Part shown: positions 48,215 through 58,801 of the stretch, in pieces
How the letters are laid out: the number at the start of each line of letters is the position of its first letter
Numbering within the stretch: the stretch's first letter is position 1
From: Phoronis australis
Lineage: Eukaryota; Animalia; Phoronida
DNA length: 64,000 nt
Assembly (NCBI GenBank): GCA_002633005.1
Contig: NMRA01000506.1
Span: 230,542 to 294,541, forward strand
Direction: 5' to 3'
Made by a program: the position numbers and the translations under genes
Notes under the pieces: generated by a model
Database searches by the model: none
What the model saw: only the letters and a program-made list of their open reading frames with translations
What the model was told of the DNA's origin: nothing

Positions 48215-50327
48215 NNNNNNNNNNNNNNNNNNNNNNNNNNNNNNNNNNNNNNNNNNNNNNNNNNNNNNNNNNNNNNNNNNNNNNNNNNNNNNNNNNNNNN
48301 NNNNNNNNNNNNNNNNNNNNNNNNNNNNNNNNNNNNNNNNNNNNNNNNNNNNNNNNNNNNNNNNNNNNNNNNNNNNNNNNNNNNNNNNNNNNNNNNNNNN
48401 NNNNNNNNNNNNNNNNNNNNNNNNNNNNNNNNNNNNNNNNNNNNNNNNNNNNNNNNNNNNNNNNNNNNNNNNNNNNNNNNNAAAAAACGCCCGGGCGTGT
48501 CATATACCTTTTTTCATATAGCACACATTCCATATGAAGGAAAGTGCAGTAAGTGACTAAGCTAAAAGCTTGATATACGATGTAATGAAATACCAGTTCC
48601 CGGCCTGTACCGCTTGAGACTGACCCGCCCCTATTCCCATAATTGTTTCTTTCCGTAGTTTCGCTGTCGCCTATTATTCGCCGGGTTGAAATTGCTTTCA
48701 TTAAAATAATAGCGCGCGAAACTTTTTAATCTGTTTTTCATAAGTACAACTTGGAAGGAATCGGCAAATTTGACAACAAGTGTTGTAATTACTAGTTTAC
48801 ACAGCAGTGTTTCTCTTGCGCCACTGATATGGGTACTGACAAGTTTGAAGAGACCGATCTTCGGCAATCATCATGGGGGTGCCCACTGCGACTGAAGCAA
48901 TAACTGTAGTGTTGTGAAGCAGATTTTTTGGGACATATCATCAAATATATAGCGAAGCATGGTTCAACGAATGAGTGCTATTCATGTTAGAGTTGAAACT
49001 GCCGTGGAATGACTGCTGTGCTTGGATTTGGAATTCCGCTTATCTCATCCCAGATCACGCGTACTGCGTGAACTTGGAATTATTCAATAAACAGGTTTAT
49101 TTTTTGTTTTTAATTGTAAAGAATTTTTTTTATCGGCCCCAATATCACCAATTTTCTCCTTTTCCGTGACTTTTGTAACATAATCGGAGGAATGTGTGAA
49201 TGGCTAATCAATTATGGTGACTAAGAATCACTAAGATCCCCGGCAATAGTTGAAAACACTCAAAACATGAGTAAAGGTTTGGTTCAAATTGACATTGTTG
49301 ACATTTACTCATTAACGTGTTATTTTCTTTAGTGAAGTGCAATTTTTTCAAAGTGAACGGGATTATTCGAGTAAACTTGCCTTTTTCCGAGGGAATTCTA
49401 AATTCGCCCATAAGCGATGTTGATGCACTCAAGTTCAGCCGGTCAAACAGAGCAAAATGACCAGCCTCTTCACTAGTAGATGTCGCTACCAACCAACTTA
49501 TGTTCTTTGCTTCTTGGGGATAAAAATTAGATGTGATTTGTTGATTTTGTGTTTTGTTTAGTTATGAACCAAAATAATTATCGGAACGTTTAAATTGTGT
49601 CTAGTTGATATCTAAACTCTTTCACAAGGCTTGCAACTAAAAACAGCAAGAACGCAGTGGTGTAGACAGTCAACTGCCTTGCAGCTGGCATCACGGGTGG
49701 CCGGCGACACGTTCTCTGTAAAGTCAGCGTCGCTGTCACTGTCACCATACAAGAGAGCAGACTGAGCAGGTTAGCTGCTGCCGTGCCGTCAGCACGCTTC
49801 AGAGTAGCAGTCGACTCGAATCAATACCTACCCAGATCAGTGAGTGAGCCAGCTGGTGGTGAAGTGTATTTAACTGATCTGATACAGTTTAAAAAAATAA
49901 ATGCGCAAACTTACATTAATTCCTTAGCTTTTAATTAGTATACACTACAGACTACATACTAGAAAACTACTAGTGACCAGGGTTTCAAAAGAGCTAGCAG
50001 TTCGTTATCACACGAGATCAGAGTCTATAAGTTGGCTTTTCACGGTGTGTCATTTTATGTGCCGAACATGGTCCTGTCATTTCATTACTTTGCCAGAAAT
50101 CACTTCCCATGGTGGTCTAAATCAAAAGTTGAGTTGGAAAGTAAGTGTGTGCACAGTTGACCTTCATTTTTCTCTCATCTCACTGAAGTTGTAATATCGA
50201 TTTCATTCAAATACAACACCCCTAAATGGCCCTAATATCAGTTTGTATTGTTTTTCAGGTGGATTAGTAAAAGGCTTGGACACTTTCAGTGAATTGCCAA
50301 CTCTAGAAAATAATGCACTGATGACGC

Positions 50328-53300
50328 ATGACTAGAATGGGTGTTGTCGGGGTGAACATTTGTCTTGCTGCAGTCCTGTATGGTGCTGCTATGACTTTGG
50401 CTGCTGATGTAAAGCCAAGGATTGAGAAATATATCCCTGACTACAACATATATCATAACCTCACTGCCATAAACACTCATCTGATGAAACTAGCCAGAGA
50501 AAATCCACGGTATTTAAAATTAGATGCAACAAAATACTCTTCTAAAGAGGGACGATCACAACCGTTGTTATTGCTCACAGACATCAGTGTCAAGTCATCG
50601 AAAATCAATGTGCTATTCTCTTATGGTGAACATTCCAGGGAGTTTTTCCCTGTCGAGTCTATGTTCCAGTTGATTGAAACGCTATTGGCTGGCGTCCACA
50701 GTGGTGATTTCCATTCAGCTAAGTTATTGTCAAGATTTAATGTTTATATTAGCGCAATGCTTAATCCCGATGGAAGGGCACACGTTGAAAAGACCAAGAA
50801 TTACTGTTGGCGAGGTACGAGTGCTGGTGTGGACTTGAACAGGAATTTTGACTGGCGATACGGTGGAAAGGGAAGTTCTGGAAACCGAAATGACGAGGAG
50901 TATCGGGGTACTGCTGTGTTTTCTGGTATGTCCCTTAACCTTGTGTTCATTCGTTCTTGCAGCTGTATGAACAGCATAATATATTATGTACATGCAGTAC
51001 ACACTAACAATATAATATATTAAGTACAGTACACACCAACAGTATAATATATTATGTACAGTGCACACCAACAATATAACGTATTATTTAAAGTACACAA
51101 ACAGTATAATATATTATGTACAGTACACACCAACAGTATTCTAACAGAAAAGGACCCAGAATTTCTCGTCATGGCAGCTGAGCGGAAGCTAAATTCATCA
51201 TCAGAGTAGTCTTCTCTCATGACCATGATTGAAGAGAAATTAAGAGCGAAGTTATTAAGGTGGCTAATACATTCTGTAAATGAAATGTTGCCTCCACAAT
51301 AGATATCAGTCATTTTTGCTGTTCACAAAATTACCATGTCGAGAAAGCGGCATTTTGTCAGAATACCTTTGTCTTGTACTGTATGCAGCACCACGCTGTT
51401 TAAGGGATTTTCATAACAATAATGTTGAAATAATACTGATCATAAAAGTAAAGGATCAACATAGTTGCTTTTACTGGAAAACTGTAGGACAATCCCATGT
51501 GGGCATCTGGTGTCATTGTTCTATATCTTCTTCAACAGTTTGTTACTGAAGGATGACGTTGCTTTTAAACAAGAACGTCTCACTTAATGTCTTGCTCATG
51601 CTTAGTTGTTTGTTAATATTCATTTTGCTTCATGTGACAAACGACAATTCCAATTGAAGATTTTAAATATAATTTGTTTCAGAGAAGGAGACGCAGCTGT
51701 TGAGACAGTTGACAGAGGATAAATCGTTCACAGCCTTTATATCATTCCACTCAGGCATCAAGCAGATCTATCTGCCGTACTCAGGTGCGATTCATACCAA
51801 TTTTCTTGCTTGCTCAAATCCATGCTAGCCATCCCTCCCTATGTAGGTGAGAGGTTCCCAATTTACTGCCATTTTAGCAATTCCCCCCGCCATATGAAAA
51901 ATGGTCAAATCCTGATTTTTTCAAATTTGTCCAAAAAATCACCTTTTTATGCACCCACATATTTATATTTCATAAATAATAGCATTTCTTCTAGTTTGAA
52001 TACAAATAAAAAGTTATTTTAATTTACAGAAACGGCATCTTTAGACTGGCGAGAACACTTGCCAATATACATGACTAACCTCACAAGTGTTTTTATTTAT
52101 TCAAGTTCCTAGTGATTTGAAATGAACTTCGGAATCCACTCTTGCGTTTCCTGGGTAGCAAGATTGTGTGCTCGGGAAACTGGTGCCAGGTTTTAACCAA
52201 GGGCTAATCTCCTGTATCTTGATTTTGAAAGGTTGGCAAGTATGCAGTTGTTATTCATGTTCTGAAATTTTCGTTCCCAACTTGTGGTTAAATTCAGAGC
52301 AGGAAGTGTTCAAATTACTGTTCACGAATGAACATGACTACCTAGCTGGAGAGTAAATGATACCTTCGTCCATAAGTTGAACAGGTTAGGCTTATCATCA
52401 GTCGAGAGTGTTTAAATCGAAAACGGGTTCTGGCTTGCAAAAAATGACATTAGTTGATTAATTAGAGGAAGGTATATTTCCTATTCCAGATTCCACTTCT
52501 AAGAAGTTGAAAGAAAAACCAGCCAACTACTTGAACATGACAGAACTGGCTAAAGAAATGGCTGCCTCAAGTAAGCCATCATTCAAGTATGGCGTTGCCT
52601 GGCAACTCAATGAATACACTGCTGATGGTACCATATTTGACTACATGGCCGGAGTGAGAAAGGTAATGCCAAGTTAGAAACCGAACCACAAAATTTGGGA
52701 AGCATTTTCAGGAAATCTTAATTCAAAAATTGCAAATTTTCTTGTGAAATGCCATCTTTGTTTTCCCGAATGTCAATACAATGTGCCAAAACCTTTTGCA
52801 GTTAAATTTTCTGTATTCCTGCCTTACACTAATTCTCCACTTTTAATATTTTCCACAAAGTTACTTCAAAGTTACTTTGAGCAAATGCCTGAGGGTCACA
52901 GGACACTAGTCTAGGTCACGCCTTTCACCTCATGTTTGCAACAGCATGAGATATCCCATATCAATGGATGAATGAAATGGTTAATTAAGTCAGGGATAAA
53001 GTATTATTTTTCCCGAATTTTGTGTATGCTAAGTTAGTGGAGAGTTACCATAGTCATTACATCTGATATTGTGGTACTGTCACATGATCTGATTCTTTGA
53101 TTGGTGACGAAAGCTGTGGAGTACATGCCTTCAGGAGAATAATTAACTTTTGATTAGACCACTTAATGATATAAAGGATATAAAGCTAATTTTAACTTTT
53201 TCCTTATTGTGATTTCTGCGTTTTAAAAGAACTGACAGTCCATTCTTGATCAAGACCAAGCTCAATGTGTTGGCTTGTGACAGCGAGTCAGTTTATTTGC

Positions 53301-56300
53301 TGCTCCTGGTTTTGAGCAATTACAAACTGTCAGTTCTTCACAGGCCTGGAGATCACTTCTAATCTGATTATGACTCAAGTGTGAGTTGAGTCTAGTGTTA
53401 ATGTGAGTTGAGTCTAGTGTTAATGTGAGTTGAGTATAGTATTAATGTGAGTACAAGTCTAGTGTTAATCTGAGTACAAGTCTAGTGTTAATATGAGTAC
53501 AAGTCTAGTGTTAATCTGAGTACAAGTCTAGTGTTAATCTGAGTACAAGTCTAGTGTTAACATGAGTACAAGTCTAGTGTTAATCTAAGTACAAGTCTAG
53601 TGTTAATCTGAGTACAAGTCTAGTGTTAATATGAGTACAAGTCTAGTGTTAATCTGAGTACAAGTCTAGTGTTAATATGAGTACAAGTATAGTGTTAATC
53701 TGAGTACAAGTCTAGTGTTAATATGAGTACGGTAAAGTCGCGTGATTTTCGGACGGCCCGCCATTTTCGACCAAGAATAAATATTTCCGAAATGAGTTTT
53801 TCATGGTCCACGAAATTCGTACAAGGTCCAAAAACTGTTTTTCAATGATCCTCGAATTTCGGACAATGTCATAAACGTCGGATTTTTGTCCCGCGACTTT
53901 CGGACAAGGAAAATTTTAGAAACGCTAATTTAGGATCGACGCAACTCCCGTGTCACTAAAGCGTTCAACGGATGATTACTACTCGATAAGGCTTGAATCT
54001 GAGNAAATCACGCGACTTTACCGTACAAGTATAGTGTTAAAGTGGCAAGTTATCTAAATGAAAAGTTAGGTTTTTGACATATGGGGGTTATGGTAATTGT
54101 TGGATATATTAACGTGCCTGAATTTTTAGAACCACTGAATAACGGACATCAAACTGGTTCTCGAAATATGGGCACGTTATATCTGACTATTGCTGGTGGT
54201 TATACCACCTTTAAAAAGAATTGAAATGTGACCTGATTCCCATCCTCTTTGGATAAAATTTTACTTTAACAAACTTGTAGTCACTGGCAGAGTACAGTGG
54301 AACAATAATTATCAATCCAGATGTGTTCTGTTTGGCCTTCTATCAAATGTCAATGTCTCCTTTCATCTGTGTTACAAATGAAGGGTTAATTACACTGGCT
54401 TGCGGTGTTTTTTGTTTACAGGTACCATTTTCATACGCCATAGAGCTGTGGGGCGTGGGTGACTATAAAGGGGCACAGTGCTTCGATTTGTTTAATCCTC
54501 AGAGTAAGAATCTTAAGGTATGACCAGTTATTTTTCCTCATGCTATGAAAGTACCCAGTCACGGTATTCATTTCATAAATCCTAGACAGTGTTTCACTGA
54601 AACATGTTTTTATGTACCCAAATATTCATATGTGGCGTCCGCGGATGTATCTCCTAAACCTCTTGCAGGATCGTATTGAAATTTGGCAAGTGTGTTCGTA
54701 TGAAGTTGACAACAGAGGGCAACGAGTTTCGGACCGACTCGAATACGACTGTGCCCCCTAGTGGCAATTTTAGTTTTTTACGTTTGCCTCAGTATCTTCA
54801 AAGGTCCTCTATCGATTTTCATGAAATTTGGCACATAGGCATCTATTAATGAGGTGACGCAATCCTCTCATTTTCGGATGGATTCGAGGCATTTTGCGCC
54901 ATCTAGTGACCATTTCGATAATACAAAGAAACAACCCTAAAAGCACAAAATTTGCGATGCATTCGTGGGCGCATTTCAACGGTCTGCGTTGCTCTTGTTA
55001 ATTTTGATAACATTTGCTTTTAGTGAATACCTGTGACATATCTGCATGGTATAATTTACTGATTGGTGATCTCAGAGGATAACAAAAAACTAAATTTATT
55101 AAAGCTTCACAAGCATTGTAATTTTTGTATGCAATTTGGGAGGTTTCATCTACAGTGCTGCTGTCATTTTTAGATGCATCGTGGGACGGTTGTTGGCTGA
55201 CATCACAGATAACTTTGTGGCATGTAAATAATATGACAAAAAAATACAGCTGGTCACTTGAGGGATATAAGGGCACTAGAATTGAAAACACGGATTCACT
55301 GCAATGTGCCGTTACAAGTTAAAATCTCATTAAAACCGTGAATATTCAAATTTGTATCAAGCGCCACTGCGTGACTTGCTGGAGAACTGTGTGTACAAGT
55401 ATATAATCAGAAAAAGAAAAAATTGTAAATAAATTGTGGTTTTAAAGAAAACACCACAAGTGATATGCTTAATAACAAGTGCTTACATATAACAACCTAA
55501 TAATTCCACATAGTACACAATTGTTATTTGATAGTGGATTAAACAAATAATGAAATCTATGCCTTCTTTTATTAGGGTAATGATGAAATATTACCATACT
55601 CATTTACATAAAAATAGTCTTGCAAAAGGAGACTTTCACGAGATTGTAATGGTAACTGGTTCTTGCATGGTTTCCGGCACACCGGAAAACCTGGAGCTGT
55701 TTGTAAACTAGTGCTTCATTTGCATATTTACAATTTAATGAGACGCAGCATCTTTAATACTCAAGCATACATTATGCAGAAATAAAAGCTTAAAAGTGAG
55801 CCTTTATATATATCAAGCATAAAATATCAAATCTTTCACGTGAACGATTCTTGAGCATTCACCATCCAATCACGCTGGTGTTAAATCTCACCATCTAAAA
55901 CTCAAATAGTATAAATCAGGTTAAATGTCCCTAAGTTATCTGTGGTGTCACAGTGTTACGAACTGACAACTGTCCCATAATTCAGAACCGTAGAAGAAAT
56001 CCCTAGATTTGCTCAACTTGTGTGATGACTGTTGGCATTGGGCACTAACTACCAGTCTTGTGTTCCAGAGTTACCATTCTGGTGACGATCATTTTGTTTT
56101 GTTTTATTTTGTTTTGTTTTACCCTTTTGTGCATTGTCATTTCAGGCATCACTGGATGAAGTCTTTCCACTTTATAAAGCTTTCTTCAACTTCCTATTAC
56201 ATAGGCAGGATAGGAAACTGGGATACTCACCACATACGACTTTTAATGTTGAGGTAAAATAGAAAGAGTGCTTGATTCAGAAGCATTTTGTTTTTATTTT

Positions 56301-56909
56301 CAGTTGCGTAAATTTTTAACATTTACCATGTGACCAGACCTTAAAATTTTTCAACTTGTTTCGCTCTCTGTTTTGTGCTATGAAATTTTATTCATAAATT
56401 GTGTTGAACCTTTGTCAGAAATCGCTAAATTTACTCTTGTCATAGAGTCTGCTTTGCTCAATTAAATCAACAACATCTATCAGCATTGTCAATGTACTGA
56501 TTTGTTGTGGAAAATTAATTGATTAAATAATAGAATTGTTTTTAATAAAATTTAGTATGCATGTTGCGTTCTCGCCCAGGATTACTTGTTCCAGAGCACA
56601 GAATATTAATAATCTCTTCCTGATTTTGCGGGTAATCGTGTGATCATGGGTTTCTAGATTTTCATAATGTGTCATTAACTTATTAGTTGATGGTCATGTA
56701 ATTAAGATTTAATAAGACGTTCTTCATTTCAGGACGAGGCTCCTCCACTTTCATTCGGCATCGTTTTATTGGTCTGTGTCGTCGCCATATTTATTTTCTT
56801 CATCGTACATAACAAACTACCGCAGTCGTGTAGGGTTTTTCCTGCGCGAAAAATTATTAGTCTACGATCTCTAAGTTCATCTTTTTCCTTCACCAAGTTA
56901 AAAGGGTAA
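50328..56909 (+). CDS. Peptidase M14 zinc carboxypeptidase with signal peptide and C-terminal transmembrane helix (~417 aa, 6 coding exons)
   Basis: Exons 50328-50925, 51683-51784, 52490-52662, 54422-54517, 56146-56253, 56733-56909; GT-AG and in phase. Motifs GEHSRE (HxxE), LNPDG, GVDLNRNFD, SFHSG, YTADGTIFDY, YAIELWG (catalytic Glu). Hydrophobic N-terminus; FGIVLLVCVVAIFIFFIV near the C-terminus. Confidence 0.9.
50970..51138. repeat. Minisatellite, ~32-bp unit x~5
   Basis: Variants of aacagtataatatattatgtacagt(a/g)cacacc. Confidence 0.8.
53380..54040. repeat. Minisatellite, 22-23-bp unit x~16, interrupted by a MITE
   Basis: at(c/a)tgagtacaagtctagtgtta repeats; the first units are the 22-bp variant atgtgagttgagtctagtgtta. 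Confidence 0.92.
53730..54023. mobile_element. Tc1/mariner(pogo)-type TIR element with TA target duplication
   Basis: gagTA|cggtaaagtcgcgtgattt ... aaatcacgcgactttaccg|TAcaag; perfect 19-bp TIR. The N at 54004 suggests a collapsed interior. Confidence 0.88.
54632..54998 (+). mobile_element. Helentron/HINE-like non-autonomous repeat
   Basis: Two internal units each with tgaaatttggca followed by gccccctagtgg / gcgccatctagtg; ends in gctcttgtt. Family assignment from motif recall only. Confidence 0.45.
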
Positions 56910-57279
56910 TTTAAATATATTTTTGGTAGAAGGTGATGAAATGTATGATTTCTAATATACTAAAACTTCCAATTTTTGAAAGGGCATATGGTAATTCTCA
57001 GCTTTTTTCGCACAAAAATAATTGTCAAACTTGTCATTTTTCCATTTTTCAACAGATTTTTTTTTTAATATTGGAAACCTTTACAAACATTGCTTTGTGA
57101 CATTTACATAGTACAAACGATGCTAGTGAGAGATTACATTTCACTAAATACTTATTTTGGTAAAGGAATTTGATGACATAAAATTTTACTTGTCGGTCAT
57201 ATGTGCTAAATAAGTGAAGATTTACCGTATGCACCTTATATTGTGAAATTTTTAAGGGACCTGCTGTGATATGTAAAAG

Positions 57280-57427
57280 CATGGGCAGCGCAGCACTAAA
57301 AAATGTGGGGGGCTAAAGCCCTCTTAGCCCCCTGTGGTGCATCACCTGTAGACCAAGTGCGGAGTAGCACTGAAAAAAGTGGGGGGCTATAGCCCCCCCC
57401 AGTCCCCTATATGGTGCGCCGCCCATG
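57280..57427. mobile_element. Short GC-rich MITE with CATGGGC(G/A)GCGCA TIRs; related copy at 17563-17632
   Basis: aaaag|catgggcagcgca ... tgcgccgcccatg|aaaag (5-bp direct flank). Confidence 0.7.
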
Positions 57428-57496
57428 AAAAGGGAGTGAAACTCCCCTTTTAGCTTTATGATAAGCAGACTGGACCACAGTGTCAGCAAGTGTTAA

Positions 57497-57877
57497 GGTT
57501 ATGCAAGACTCAAGAAAATTGACCAATTTTTGCCAACTTCAGAACATCACATCTTAGAAATGGCTGATTGGATTCTTATGAAACTTTCAGATACCACGCT
57601 TTATGCACCGTTCCCCAAAATGCTGCTAGGGATTGTTTTTAAGAGGTTCCACTTTTCCATGAGGGGCTATCAAAAATTGGACTTTTAATTTTCACAAAAA
57701 ATTCAAACATCGATGTGGTTACATGATCCAATTCATGACAGATTGTTAAAAATTCTAAAATCAAATTCTACAAGCTTTCTGCTTTCAGAAGATCCATATT
57801 TTTATTGAGTTAAAAATCTATTGTTTTGTATGTTTGGCTAAATACACGTACTTGTGTCTGTAGTGTCTTACACAACC
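57497..57877 (+). mobile_element. Kolobok-like family A copy in the presumed carboxypeptidase 3' region
   Basis: ttaa|ggttatgcaagac ... gtcttacacaacc|ttag, with the family's internal motifs. Confidence 0.7.
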
Positions 57878-58801
57878 TTAGTAGCACTTTATATGTGGGT
57901 TGGTAAGTGACCAGGGAAGTCTATATATCATGACCACCAGGATCCACTGTGTGGCTCTGTTTAAATTAGGAAATGTTTAAGTTATTGAAATGGGTAAACA
58001 TCAATTGTGCAATAATGTTTGGAGTGAAATCACCAAAATTGTGTTTAGTTCTGGGTCTTATTTAATTTCTGAAATTTCGGTGATGTAGCACTTTTATGTG
58101 AGAGATTCAGTCAAATGCAGTGTTTATATAACTGAAGTGTGGTAATATTTGAAGGATGCTAATGAGGAGTCATCGAAAGTCTCACTTTTTAGCAACCAGG
58201 GAATGCTACCCTCAGCCCACTTCCTGTCATATAATGGTCTAAATTTAAGAAAACTTCACTTTTGTGCTTCATGTCTACCAAAATAGCCCATCCTCAGTAC
58301 CAAGAAACGATATTTCCATCTTTGGTTCTCCTTGGCTTTATGTACAGCGCCCCCTAACTATTTTTTCTGGAACTACACCACTGCTTTCAGTCTTGTGTAT
58401 CGCCGTCGGTGCATTATGATTGCCCGGTACTTTTAATTTCTGTGGATGGAGTTTCTGAATAGATATAAAATTAGTGATATGGTGCACAGAGCCAATAGTC
58501 TGAAATGTTAGTGGTGCCTGTTTTTTTAGAAAATAGGGCTGTCTTCATCAGTATTTCATTTTTTCCGAAGTTGGAAATTTGGGCAACAGGATGGGTTAGC
58601 AGTGCATTAATGCAGCAGACGTGATATATAGTTCAATAGCGGGATCAGGATAGCAAGATCTCTACACATCAGAGACTGTCAACAAACTGACGAGGGGACC
58701 TGTCTAGATGAGTCCTCCAGTCGTATCGGTTCAGCAGTTGAATTTTATTGATCATGTCTGCACTATTTCACCAATAAATATATAACATTTTGAGGTGTTG
58801 T

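Noticed and set aside
53380-53729. Regular repeat arrays (also 3439-3562, 24113-24307) as CRISPR
   Set aside because: Head-to-tail units without unique spacers, in a eukaryotic locus with no cas genes.
29719-56909. Functional cluster of TPGS2 with an M14 peptidase as a tubulin glutamylation/deglutamylation module
   Set aside because: Tubulin deglutamylases are cytosolic M14D (CCP/AGBL) enzymes. This peptidase has a signal peptide and TM helix and lacks their N-terminal domain, so its active site would not face tubulin.
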